IMG/VR virus record: IMGVR_UViG_2840526738_000004
Location: 1 to 64,000 of that record
DNA: 64,000 nucleotides
Source: a virus
Taxonomy: Duplodnaviria; Caudoviricetes
Direction: 5' to 3' (one strand)
Shown: in pieces, positions 43,315-54,016 of the stretch
Layout: each line of letters starts with the position of its first letter
Position numbering within the stretch: the first letter of the stretch is position 1
Program-made: the position numbers and the translations under genes
Notes under the pieces: model-generated
Databases searched by the model: none
Seen by the model: the letters and a program-made list of their open reading frames with translations, nothing else
Told to the model about the DNA's origin: nothing

Positions 43315-44396
43315 ATGGATCAGTCGACCTACTATATATGATATTATGTATGCTTATGATTATATAGGTTTATTTGTGTGATATTATGTGATTATATGAT
43401 AGATATAGATATAAGGCATGATATGACATAAGATATACTTATTAAGTATGATGAGTGAGAATGGGATGAAGTAACGTGGAATAGGTATATAGCATGAGAT
43501 ACTAGATGATATAGAGTGTGATACTATATTATGAGATGTTCGATGTTAGGACTATATCTAATTAGTATGTTCGATGACAATCGAATGGACTTGGTTCCAA
43601 TGTGAAGTAAACTTCACAACTATATATACGTGTAAGATATATATTACATGCATAGATAATTAACAAATAAACCATGAATAGCAGATAATCAACTGGTACG
43701 ATACTACCATATAGATAATATTGATTATGTTCGCCGATTATATAGTTAGGTGGGGGTGGTTTACTATTCAAAGTTATGAAAAAGTCGTGAAAATCGCCCC
43801 ACCTAGTCAGCTCTAGCAATACACCAATATTCAAAATATGCCTATTTAATAGGCTTTTTTAATGCTCATTCAGATCCCTTGACACCCCTACCTTAATTTT
43901 CTTACACACCATTTCCATTACCCAAAAAAACTTTCTCAAAAATTTTCTGGGGGCTATTTTGCAAAGTGTAAAGTGGTTAAAATTGCCTATTTTTGACCTA
44001 TTTTCGCCCTGTTTTTCTGCCCTATTTTTACACCATAAACATCCAGTTTTATATACCGAAAATCACATGTTTTACAGATGTTGTTTTTACATGTTTTTTA
44101 CCGTTGTTACACCGTTGTTGTTTATGTAGTAAAATAGATGTTCCACATGTTCATTTACCTATTCAACGTTACTGAATAATATTCTGGTACCTTTTCACGC
44201 ATATTGTTAGTCATGTCTAATATGTAAAGTGTACTTGTTAATTATATTTAGCTTCGCACAGTGAATATATTTACTGGTATGCTTCCCTCTTACCTCTCAC
44301 AATTACCTATCCATTTCCATTTGTACCATTCACACACTCGTAAAATCAATTCTAAGGCACCATACGTTCGTTCTGAGCAACTTTAGCATTTGAAAC

Positions 44397-44565
44397 GAGT
44401 ATTAATTAGGGTAAACCTTAAAACTTCTTAAATCGAGCGTATTAGCCCTTTTACGGTATATCTATCTCTTCCGAGGTATACAATATCCCTTTTAAGGTAT
44501 CATACGAGCTGTCTGAGAGGTTTTACAGGTTAACATGAGTATCAATTAGGGTATACCCCTTAAAA
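44397..44565. repeat. Imperfect direct repeat GAGTAT(T/C)AATTAGGGTA(A/T)AC(C)CTTAAAAC, two copies
   Basis: Copies at about 44397 and about 44537. Confidence 0.75.
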
Positions 44566-44739
44566 CGCCTAGAATGACCTCTAAAGAGCTTATACGGGTA
44601 TTGGCACGAATATCAAGACACGACATGGAACCTTTTGGGTTAGGTTTAGGGTTAACAGGTATGGTTTACAGGTATTACATTTAACATTAACCATTTATAG
44701 GATTATATAATCAATCATTGTTAACCCAACATATGTTGG

Positions 44740-44786
44740 ATGAGTGAAACGAATACAACAAATGTCATGAATGAGTGAAACGAATG
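44740..44786. repeat. Direct repeat ATGAGTGAAACGAAT, two copies, with degenerate GAATG(A/T)AAT copies at about 45070-45125
   Basis: Seen directly in sequence. Confidence 0.75.
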
Positions 44787-45287
44787 AATGTCATTACAAA
44801 CCCCATTTGCTCTATTGGTTTATGTGCTAGATCTTGTGATTAGGAATACAATAGCAGGATTGAACGTTAGCCATCAGGGAGAACCTTATTGCGTTTCGAC
44901 ATCAATGTCAAGCCACAGGTCAATGTGTTGTAGCATTCAATAGCGAATATTATTATTCGTCATGAATGTCGATTAATATTTGCCTATCAGACATTCATAA
45001 TCACATAGGTTAACAGGTTCATATTCTTGTGTTATAGGGTTCATTTACCTGACTTGACTGATAATTTAGTATGAATGAAATAGTATTTATGAATGTAATG
45101 AATAAATACTATGTAATGAATACTAAATACTAACTTCTAATTAACTCCTAAAAGAGAAAGAAAATATATATACTACGTATATATACAAAAGAAAGATGAA
45201 AAGGGTTCTAATAAGGTTTCTTATGTACGTACATATATGACTGTTTAGATACAAAAAAAGATGCCCATTTCTGGACACCTAATCCTG

Positions 45288-45551
45288 TTATTTAGATTCT
45301 GTGTTATGCGCAATTTTATCTAGCAATTCTATAATTTCTGAAAAGCCTCCTACAATGACAGCTGTGACAAAGCATATGATCATTGCTGCAAGAGCAGAAT
45401 CTTTGTAAAGAGGATTGCTAAGTATATACCAACAAATTCCAATTACAACTAGCAATGCTGCTACTGCTCTTAGGACAAAAGCCCAGAAATTGTAAACTCC
45501 AAAAAATTTCTTTAATTCGTTCATTTTTAATTCTCCCTTCATGCTATACAA
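45288..45551 (-). CDS. Small two-TM membrane protein
   Basis: Two hydrophobic helices. Confidence 0.65.
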   Translation of the reverse strand: MYSMKGELKMNELKKFFGVYNFWAFVLRAVAALLVVIGICWYILSNPLYKDSALAAMIICFVTAVIVGGFSEIIELLDKIAHNTESK

Positions 45552-45598
45552 AATAATAACACTTATGTCACAAAAAGAAAAGCCCTTACAAGAGAGCC

Positions 45599-46573
45599 TT
45601 ACTTTACAAACATATTATACATAATTTTGTCCATATTACATTTTGCTATTTTTGAAGCATGGACATATCTCATTGTTGTAGATCTATTGGCATGCCCCAT
45701 CAACTTTTGCAATGTATCTTCATCAGTACCATTCTCAATCATTGCTGTAGCAAAAGTGTGTCGCAATGTGTGAGGATGAATCGTTTCATAATCAAGTCCA
45801 GCTTTGATTGCAGCATTCTTGACGATTGTATTGATTGTACCCACAGATATTTTTTTACCCTTACTGTCTGGTTGTGTCGTGTGCGATACAAACATATACT
45901 CGTTTTTATCTTTCCACGTTAGATTTCTTTTTTCAAGATATTCTGTAAGTTGTACGTACAAGTCTTTATGGATTATTTCAATACGAACCTTGTCTCCTTT
46001 TCCCTTTGGTTGGATTACATATGACTCATCACTCTTGAAAATATCCCCAACTTTTAAATCTGTTATCTCAGCACGTCGCATTCCTGTAGTTAGCATTAGA
46101 GTGACAATGATTGTGTTACGGAAACCAGCGATACCTTTTGACATTCCAGCACCTAGTATCAGCCTTCTGCCTTCTTCGATGGATAATGCCCTATCCTGAC
46201 TAAATTCTGAGATTGCGTTCTTGTATCTGTAACATCCTTCGTCTGTTGATATTGGATTATAGTTCATGACACCAACTGATTTACGTGACAAGAACTTGTA
46301 AAAACTGTTTAGGGCAGCAAGCTTTGCATTTACTGTAGCACGCTTCATTCCCTTTTTAATTTGTTCTGAACTCCAATCGTTGACAATTTCAGGTGTTACG
46401 CTTCTGATATCTTCCAGTGTAATGTCTTTACTGCTTTTCTTGTTGAAGAACTGCAAGATTGACCGTGCATAACTATCTTTGGTTTTATCTGAAAGATTGT
46501 TTGTGTACATGTCTGCATAATTAATTTCGTTAGCTTTCCCTACTTGTGTATCGTTTAACATTATCTGTTCCAT
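45599..46573 (-). CDS. Tyrosine recombinase (XerC/D-like, intact catalytic set)
   Basis: TGMRRAE, KGKGDK, HTLRH, MGH, RY. Confidence 0.93.
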   Translation of the reverse strand: MEQIMLNDTQVGKANEINYADMYTNNLSDKTKDSYARSILQFFNKKSSKDITLEDIRSVTPEIVNDWSSEQIKKGMKRATVNAKLAALNSFYKFLSRKSVGVMNYNPISTDEGCYRYKNAISEFSQDRALSIEEGRRLILGAGMSKGIAGFRNTIIVTLMLTTGMRRAEITDLKVGDIFKSDESYVIQPKGKGDKVRIEIIHKDLYVQLTEYLEKRNLTWKDKNEYMFVSHTTQPDSKGKKISVGTINTIVKNAAIKAGLDYETIHPHTLRHTFATAMIENGTDEDTLQKLMGHANRSTTMRYVHASKIAKCNMDKIMYNMFVK

Positions 46574-46751
46574 AAGTTTATATCTCCTTTATTTACATCT
46601 TTATTATACCATACAGTCTACATAATATCTATATTATAACAGTAATTAAAAAAGCTTTCACAGTTTTCATAAAAATACTTTCCCATATTTGGAAAACAGG
46701 GTTTATAATACAGGTATACAAAGAAAAGCCCATCAAATTAAAAGGAGGTAA

Positions 46752-47141
46752 ATGGTAGAAAAAGTTATTTTTACAACAGCACAGTCTTACAACAATAGCC
46801 CTTTAGACGAACTGTTAGCAAACACACCAATCGAAAAGATTGATCTAGCGAAAATGAAATTATTTTTAAATTTATACACAACAAAGGTAAAAACGGACAG
46901 GAGATTTATGTATTCCCTTGAAGCTGATCTGATTGATTATGTTACTGTAGCCCTCAGTAATGTCGAAATCACATCACGTGATAGAGAGATTTTAGATTTT
47001 TATTTGTGCGGATATACCGAGAAAGAGATTAGCAGAATTTTAAAAGTTAGTATAAACACAGTGAACAAACACCTTAAATCAAGTATAAGAAAAATTATCG
47101 AGCAATTGTACAGTGAAGTAGGCGTAGAGGTCAAACATTGA
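46752..47141 (+). CDS. Sigma-70 region 4/LuxR-type HTH regulator (probable late activator)
   Basis: ITSRDREILDFYLCGYTEKEISRILKVSINTVNKHL. Confidence 0.75.
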   Translation: MVEKVIFTTAQSYNNSPLDELLANTPIEKIDLAKMKLFLNLYTTKVKTDRRFMYSLEADLIDYVTVALSNVEITSRDREILDFYLCGYTEKEISRILKVSINTVNKHLKSSIRKIIEQLYSEVGVEVKH

Positions 47142-47455
47142 GAGTAAGTGTTACGATCGGAAACGATGAAATCATTTTGGATGCTTCTCTTTCAGTAGAA
47201 GAACGTATTCAATTTGTTGATGACCTCATCCAGAAATATGAACCATGGTTGACATATCGCATGCCAATCAATTACAAGGACAAAATGTGTTCAGGATACA
47301 AAGTTGAGTCAATCCTTGAACATTTGGCTTCTTACATTTTAAATGCTGTTAAAGTTGATGAAGAATATCCATGGCAAACATTCTATAAAAAACGTCAAAG
47401 TATGATAAATGAGTGTAATTTAACAGATTTTGAACAGAAAATGAATAAATTTTAA
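47138..47455 (+). CDS. Hypothetical protein
   Basis: Coupled ORF. Confidence 0.6.
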   Translation: MRVSVTIGNDEIILDASLSVEERIQFVDDLIQKYEPWLTYRMPINYKDKMCSGYKVESILEHLASYILNAVKVDEEYPWQTFYKKRQSMINECNLTDFEQKMNKF

Positions 47456-47470
47456 TTGTTTTCGTAAAAC

Positions 47471-47508
47471 GGGGTGAAAAAACGGTTAAAAATCAACTAT
47501 ATATGTGA
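47471..47508 (+). promoter_or_regulatory. Putative late promoter motif (second copy at 52862-52900)
   Basis: GGGGTGAAAAAA-13 nt-ACTATATAT(AT)GT upstream of both the packaging and capsid units. Confidence 0.7.
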
Positions 47509-47535
47509 GAGGTAAATTTTAAAGGAAGGTGTAAC

Positions 47536-48477
47536 TTGAATACAGCGATAAAAGAAGAACACATTGCTTTAATGCAACAAATGTATGATTGTGGCAAGTC
47601 ATATACAGAAATTGCATTGGAGATACATGCTCGTTTTGGTATCCCTGTCCATAGTGATAGTGTACGATACTATGTAAAGCGAAAGAAACAAAAGAAATTA
47701 ACTAAATTGGAAAAGTTGCAGAAAGAGAATATCGAAAAAGTTCTCATAATTTCTGACCTACATATCCCATTCCAGCGAGATGATGTCATTGATATCGTTA
47801 GAAAATATGCTGATGAGGTAAGTATGATCATTCTCAATGGTGATATACAAGATTGTAAGGCAATCAGTTCATTTGTTGAACTTGGTCGTGGAAAATTGAT
47901 TGATGAAATGAGTTTTGCACATCAAATGCTGAAATGGATTGATGTATTGACGCCAGATATTCCGAAAATCATAGTCCAAGGCAATCATGAAGTTCGCATG
48001 AAGAAATATCTCGCTAACAATCCGAATGAATTAAATAACTTACACACTGATAACATCATGAAAGAAGTTATAGAGGGATTTAAATGTGTTGATCACGAGA
48101 AAGGTTTGGTCACATATTACGAGCCACTTAAGAATTATACAGCATTAGACAACTGGTATTATGAATACAAAGGTATGATTTGTTGTCATCCGTTGAGTTT
48201 TTCAAAGATTCCAGCAAGGACAGCTTACAATGCAGTAGAATATTTTGTTCGTAATGGATTCAATTTTGATACTTGTATTGTAGCTCATACACATCACTAT
48301 GGAAGTTGTATGAACTTAGGAAAGTACACGGTCGAAACTGGATGTTTGTGTCAAGAACAGCCATATGCTGCAACTGGCAAACTAAATTATACGCCCCAAG
48401 ACTATGGCTATCATTTGGCTGTATTCAAAGACGGTGTATACGATATTAACCTCAGTAAGAATTACATACTGAAATAA
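47536..48477 (+). CDS. Calcineurin-like metallophosphoesterase
   Basis: ISDLHIP, NGDIQD, GNHE, CHP, AHTH. Confidence 0.92.
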   Translation: MNTAIKEEHIALMQQMYDCGKSYTEIALEIHARFGIPVHSDSVRYYVKRKKQKKLTKLEKLQKENIEKVLIISDLHIPFQRDDVIDIVRKYADEVSMIILNGDIQDCKAISSFVELGRGKLIDEMSFAHQMLKWIDVLTPDIPKIIVQGNHEVRMKKYLANNPNELNNLHTDNIMKEVIEGFKCVDHEKGLVTYYEPLKNYTALDNWYYEYKGMICCHPLSFSKIPARTAYNAVEYFVRNGFNFDTCIVAHTHHYGSCMNLGKYTVETGCLCQEQPYAATGKLNYTPQDYGYHLAVFKDGVYDINLSKNYILK

Positions 48478-48528
48478 TCAATATGACAGAGATAATCTGT
48501 CTTTTTTTTATTTCAAAAAAGGAGGCAA

Positions 48529-49392
48529 ATGGCAACAAAAAGAAAATCGGTTAGGCGTAACCGACCAAGAGATATAACTACAAAAGAAGGGTTGATTAAA
48601 TATCTTGAAGCTAATCAAGATACTGAATTACCTTTTGTTGAAGAAGCTTGGGAAGCAGCGCTTAAGCAATATGAAGAAAAGAAAGACGTTGAAACGACTG
48701 TCAATAAAATTGTCAAAGATGAAGATGGAAACCCTGTAATTTCTTCTTTCAATGTGAATTACAATAAAAACCCTGTAAGTAACTATTTTAAATTAATGGG
48801 GTTAAAGGCTTACAAAGCTAAAGCAAAGAAAATTCAACAGAATAAGATTTTAATGACAGACCGCAGAGCAGAAATAGAAGATGTATATTTTAATGAAAAT
48901 GATGACGATATTGATGATGAAGATGACGATGATGAAGAAGAAAATTCATACTCTTTCAAGAAAAATGACTCAATCATATGTTGGATAGAATCATTTGCAA
49001 GTGATTACGAGAAAAAGTATATCAAAAATAGATACATCACTTATATGAGTGAGTATGAAATCAATGAAGGTGTTGGCAAGACCGCACTCAAAGGAATATT
49101 AAGTATTGAATTAGCTTTGGATAGAATTGATAGGCTTCGCTCTCAGGGTGAAGATGTTGACTATAAAATGGAGAAAGAGTTGAGAAAATCACTTTTGGAC
49201 TCATTTGATGCTATGAAATGGCAACCAAAACAACGTAATATGCAAGAGGAAATGGCAGCCAACAAGTTTACAGTGATGATGGATAGAATGGTTAAAGAAG
49301 GTGGTTTTAAACCTCCAGAACAAAAGATTGAAAAAGACGAAATTGATAAGCTTATGGATATTATTACTGAATCTAGGGAGAAACAGGAATAA
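48529..49392 (+). CDS. Probable terminase small subunit
   Basis: Immediately upstream of the large terminase; SPbeta-like synteny. Confidence 0.55.
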   Translation: MATKRKSVRRNRPRDITTKEGLIKYLEANQDTELPFVEEAWEAALKQYEEKKDVETTVNKIVKDEDGNPVISSFNVNYNKNPVSNYFKLMGLKAYKAKAKKIQQNKILMTDRRAEIEDVYFNENDDDIDDEDDDDEEENSYSFKKNDSIICWIESFASDYEKKYIKNRYITYMSEYEINEGVGKTALKGILSIELALDRIDRLRSQGEDVDYKMEKELRKSLLDSFDAMKWQPKQRNMQEEMAANKFTVMMDRMVKEGGFKPPEQKIEKDEIDKLMDIITESREKQE

Positions 49393-51344
49393 TGAACAAA
49401 AAAGATAAGCAAAGACGTAAGCGTGAGATATACAATGAAGCTGTTGCTTACTGGAGGAAATATCCAGACGTTTACTGCGAGCAAGTTTTAGGTATCAGAA
49501 TTAATGTATATCAGAAAGTCATGATGAGGGCTTTTTTCAGATACAAATATATTGCATTTGTAATGGGGCGTGGTGTTGGTAAAAGTTTTATCTGCATACT
49601 TTGTCTTGTAATATATGCGTTGCTATATCCTGGTAGTAAGATTGGAATTATAGCGCCAACTTTTAGACAGGCTAAACAATTATTATCTGAAAAGTACAGA
49701 GGTGAACTTTGTGAATGGTCACCTTTTCTAAAACAGGAAGAAAGAAAATTTGCGTGTTCTATGCAATCGGCGAGAGTCGATTTTTTTAATGGTTCATTTA
49801 TTGAGGCATTTCCACTAGGAACAGATGGTGAAAATATCGCCCCTACATTGAGAAATCTTTGTAGTGCATAATTCAAAATCGGTAGATTCCACTGGTAAAG
49901 GATAATACCGAGGTAAACAGGAACATCACCTGTCACCGTAACGCATAGGGATTGAGTGTTAAGAGAGCAAAAATATCCCCAAGAGTGAATTATACGATAG
50001 ATTATAGGTCTATCCTTGGCAGAGTTAATCGCCTGTCAAGCCAAACATATAGATGTGGGTAAAAATATATGCTGGGCTTACACGATAGTAAAGTGTAAGA
50101 AGTAGAGGATAAAAAGCCTTTACGGTAACAATTCGGCTAAAATCCGTGGTGCCAGACTTCATGTTGTATTGATAGATGAAGCTGCGTACGTTCCTAGAGA
50201 AATCATTCAGACCGTTGTAATGCCTATGTTACTTGTAAAACAGGGATATAAGGTTGGAGAAAAAAATACAGAAGCAAACACAAATAAAATCGTCATGGCT
50301 TCAAGTGCTTCATTCAGATCTAATCACTTCTATACCACTTATACTGATTGGACAAAGGAAATGTTCAAAAGAGGAAATGATAAATATTTCACTTTGACAT
50401 TACCTTGGAAAATTGGTGTGCAAGCTGGATTCATGGAAGAAAGCGACATCATGGAGAAGAAAAAAGAATTGAGCGCTATGCAATTCGCCATGGAATATGA
50501 AGGCGTATTCCCTTCTTTGATTGATGGAACTTGGATAAATCCAGAAGATTTAGAAGCTTGTCGTAACCTTACTGATTTCCAATTACATGGAAATAACAAA
50601 TTTGAATATATCATGTCTGTTGATATTGCTCGTATGAAGGGCGAAGATAACACAATCATAATGGTCTTCAAATTGAAATGGGTAAAAGAACACATAGAAC
50701 CAGAATTAGTTTATATTCAGTCAATGAATGGTTGTACGTTTGCAGAACAAGCAAAACAGATCAGAGCAGTAAAAAGAAGATATCCTTCAATAATCAGAGC
50801 CTATATGGATGCAGTTACCATTGGACAAGGTGTTTTTGATGAATTGGCAAAAGAATTCCTTTGCGAAGAAACAGAAACATACGAAGATCCATGGATTGAT
50901 ATGAATGATGAAGAAGCCATGAAGAATCGTGAATTAACTCATGCTATTCCATTAATTTATGGTATCAAAGCAACGCCAGAAATCAATCACAAATGTGGAT
51001 ATGCAGTCAAGAAATATATTGAAAAGAAATGGTTGCATTTGTACACAAGGAACGCTGGCGAAATCGCTCATGTTAACAAAGATACTGATTATACATATGA
51101 AGAAGAATTAGTATTGAATGAAACTAGACAAACGATAGATGAAGTAATCAATATGCAAGCACAGACACTAAATAGTGGTTTTATGAAATTTATCACTCGT
51201 GGTAAGCGAAAAGACCGTTGGTCTGCACTAGGATATGGGTTGTATGGCGTTGAAATCATACAAAAGGAAAGAGAAAAGCCAAAGAATGAAAAAGCAATTT
51301 TTGGCTTTACAAGGTTAAATTTAAATAGACGAGGAGGTTTTTAG
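49392..51344 (+). CDS. terL: Terminase large subunit, spliced (exons 49392-49829 and 50136-51344)
   Basis: Walker A RGVGKS; the join restores PLGTDG|AKIRGARLHVVLIDEAA (Walker B); nuclease SVDIAR and KDRWSA. Confidence 0.93.
49830..50135 (+). mobile_element. Group I intron, 306 nt, no ORF
   Basis: Exon 1 ends in U with a U-G pair in P1 (GGU|GA-AAAUA-UCGCC); intron ends in G. P3 AUAAUUC/GAAUUAU, P4 UCGGUA/UACCGA, P7 GCAUA/UAUGC. Removal restores the frame. Confidence 0.9.
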
Positions 51345-52834
51345 TGTCAAATACAAATAAGACAAAGCCAGTAACCAATCAAATGGTATGCGGTCAAATT
51401 GCAAAGTTAGAAGATGAATATTCTACATATTTCAACAAAAACTTTAATGTTGACGGTTCTCCTGATGATATAGAACTGGAAGATATATTTAATGCACCAC
51501 AAGATCATGTAGATGACATCATCGGATATAGCAAATATTGCTATCGTAAGCATGGAATCATCATGCGTGTAGTCAATATGTACAGAGATTTTGGGTGTAC
51601 AAAAATGCATTTGCACTATAAAGAAGATGGTGCGGATGCTGAAAAAGCAAAAGAGGTCATAGATACCTATAACAAACGTGTCAACATGTTACATACAATG
51701 GGAGAATGTATTTTTGAGATTGCTCAGACAGGCAACCTTGTATTGTATGATAGAAATGGCAAACGTCTTGATATCTACCCTATTGATAGGTGTGAGCCTG
51801 TTCCGTTGTTAGTTAGTAATAAACCATTGATTAAATTTAAGATTGAACAAGATTTTGATATGTCTGATTATGATGAAAAGATTAAGAAAAAGATAAATAG
51901 TGCTTATCCAAAAGAAGTTCTAAAGGCGCAAAAAGCTGGGAAGGATTTTGCAGTTTTAGACATCGATAATACCTATTTTGCAAAGATTAACTGTTCACAA
52001 TATGAAACATACGGTCTTAGTGTTATCGTTCCCGCATTTGAAGATTTATCACACAAGAATTTACTTAAGAATGCAGAACGTTCTACAGCTAACGCAGTAA
52101 TCAATAAAATCTTGTTAATGCAAGTAGGAGATGAAAATAACCCTCCTAATGCGAATTTGATTGCGCAATATCAGAAAATGCTAGAAGGAATGAGTGGATC
52201 AATCGGTGTATCAGTTCCATATTATGTCAATATGTCTTTCATCGAACCATCAACGGAAGTTTTTGGTTCTGAGAAATTTGTTGAGATTGACAAGGATATT
52301 CTGAATACATTAGGTGTTTCTGTTTCATTGCTACGTGGCGAAGGCGGAGGTTCTTATTCTGATGGACTGATGAACTTTACGAGCCTTTGTAGAAACATTG
52401 AAGCAGCAAGAGAGCCTTTGCCTGACATTGTTCATGCATTATATCAGGCAGAATTAAAGCGTAATAGAATAGATCCAAAGTATGCACCAACTGTTGAGTT
52501 TGGTGATGTCATTATTGACAAAGAAGCAAAAATGCAGTTATTAATCAGTCTATTTCAGGATGCTAGTCTACCATATGAATTATTGTATGAAGGCTGTGGT
52601 ATGGACTTTGACCACGTTAAGTTATTGAAGAAACAAGAAAAAGCACAAAAACTTGATGAATTGTTTGAGCCACATGCAATGCCATTCCAAGGTAACCAAG
52701 GAGAAGGATCTACTGATGAAGGCGGTGCCCCAAAGAAAACTGATAGCGAACGTAAATCAGACAAGAGTAAATCAAACAACAAGCAAGCAAGACCTGATAA
52801 GAAATCAAAATCAGGTGTAAAAACGGGTAAATAA
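51344..52834 (+). CDS. Portal protein
   Basis: Position after terL, size 496 aa, SPbeta-like portal features. Confidence 0.8.
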   Translation: MSNTNKTKPVTNQMVCGQIAKLEDEYSTYFNKNFNVDGSPDDIELEDIFNAPQDHVDDIIGYSKYCYRKHGIIMRVVNMYRDFGCTKMHLHYKEDGADAEKAKEVIDTYNKRVNMLHTMGECIFEIAQTGNLVLYDRNGKRLDIYPIDRCEPVPLLVSNKPLIKFKIEQDFDMSDYDEKIKKKINSAYPKEVLKAQKAGKDFAVLDIDNTYFAKINCSQYETYGLSVIVPAFEDLSHKNLLKNAERSTANAVINKILLMQVGDENNPPNANLIAQYQKMLEGMSGSIGVSVPYYVNMSFIEPSTEVFGSEKFVEIDKDILNTLGVSVSLLRGEGGGSYSDGLMNFTSLCRNIEAAREPLPDIVHALYQAELKRNRIDPKYAPTVEFGDVIIDKEAKMQLLISLFQDASLPYELLYEGCGMDFDHVKLLKKQEKAQKLDELFEPHAMPFQGNQGEGSTDEGGAPKKTDSERKSDKSKSNNKQARPDKKSKSGVKTGK

Positions 52835-52933
52835 ATAAAAATTAAATTATTTTAACAAAAAGGGGTGAAAAAACCCCTTAAATTCAACTATATATATGTA
52901 AGATAAAAAATCTCTACACAGAGAGGTGAGAAG

Positions 52934-54013
52934 TTGAAACAGATAACAGAAATCAATCTTACGCAAAAAGATACTGTTGAGTTAGCTTCTATTACCAATT
53001 TTGATCAGATGCACATAAAGTGTTTTGCCACTACGGAGGGTAAGAACCTAAATGGTACTGAATTCCCCCGTAACACTTTATTAGCATCATATAAATCATT
53101 AATTGATACGCATGTCTGGATTGTTCCTGACAAGTACGGATTCCCTACTGGTCATGGATTTGATTTTACAAGCGCCGAATTCGATATGGAAAAAAGAAAG
53201 AATATCGGTCATATAAAAAACGCATATCCAGTCATCGTAACCAAAGATGAACAAATTGTAGATGTAAGTGAAATGAATATTGAAGATTTCCCAGAGGGAG
53301 AGTTAAGAATTGTTGCTGATTTGGCAATAGATAAATTCTACTTTTCTGAAATTGCAGACAATCTTAAATATCTTCACAGCATCAACGATTTGTTTTTTTC
53401 TATGGAAGCTTTAACAAAAGGTGTGCAGAAAGAAGATAGGCGAGAATGTAGTGAAATCTCATTTACAGGTCTGGCTATTGTCTCTAATCCAGCCTTTGTT
53501 AACTCAAAGTCAATCGAAATTGCACAAAGAAAAGAGGAGGAACACTCATTGGATTTTGAAAAAGAGTACAACGAACTGAAAACTAAATACGATACAGTCG
53601 TTGCAGAAAATGAAACATTGAAAAATGCCTCTGCTGGAATTACAGAAGTTGCTACAGAATTAGCTACAGCTAAAACAGAATTGGCAACTGCTAATAAAAC
53701 TATTGATGAATTAAAAGTCTATAAAGAAAAGTTTGAAACAGCAGAAAAAGAAAAATTAGGGAAAACAAGAGCTGAACAGATGAAGAAACTTGGTAAAGAA
53801 ATTGAAGCATCTGAATTAGCAGAAAAAACAGACGTTGAATTTGCGCAGTTAGTAATTGAAGCTGCTAGTACATTTAAAGCTAAACCTTTAGAAGATGATG
53901 AAGATGACGATGATGAAGTAGAAGTAGCTGGTGTACTAAGTTTTAATCATGGCAATAAAAGTAAATTTGACCAGCTGGATGAATTATTAAAAGATTTTGA
54001 GGAGGATAAATAA
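52934..54013 (+). CDS. Prohead protease/scaffold protein
   Basis: GKNLNG, FSME and FTGLA...NPAF protease-like domain followed by a coiled-coil scaffold. Confidence 0.7.
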   Translation: MKQITEINLTQKDTVELASITNFDQMHIKCFATTEGKNLNGTEFPRNTLLASYKSLIDTHVWIVPDKYGFPTGHGFDFTSAEFDMEKRKNIGHIKNAYPVIVTKDEQIVDVSEMNIEDFPEGELRIVADLAIDKFYFSEIADNLKYLHSINDLFFSMEALTKGVQKEDRRECSEISFTGLAIVSNPAFVNSKSIEIAQRKEEEHSLDFEKEYNELKTKYDTVVAENETLKNASAGITEVATELATAKTELATANKTIDELKVYKEKFETAEKEKLGKTRAEQMKKLGKEIEASELAEKTDVEFAQLVIEAASTFKAKPLEDDEDDDDEVEVAGVLSFNHGNKSKFDQLDELLKDFEEDK

Positions 54014-54016
54014 TTA

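Larger units (their letters stand above)
43320..45250. other. About 2-kb non-coding tract, putative packaging (pac) site and/or replication origin
   Basis: G/C skew flip near 43750-43900, phased T-tracts at 43986-44030, direct repeats and palindromes. Confidence 0.55.

Noticed and set aside
44850-44910. Hammerhead-like GAAAC...CUGAUGG on the minus strand
   Set aside because: The core is imperfect (CUGAUGG) and there is too little room for the required stems.
43320-45250. CRISPR mini-array in the non-coding tract
   Set aside because: Repeats occur only in pairs with irregular spacing; there is no repeat-spacer periodicity.
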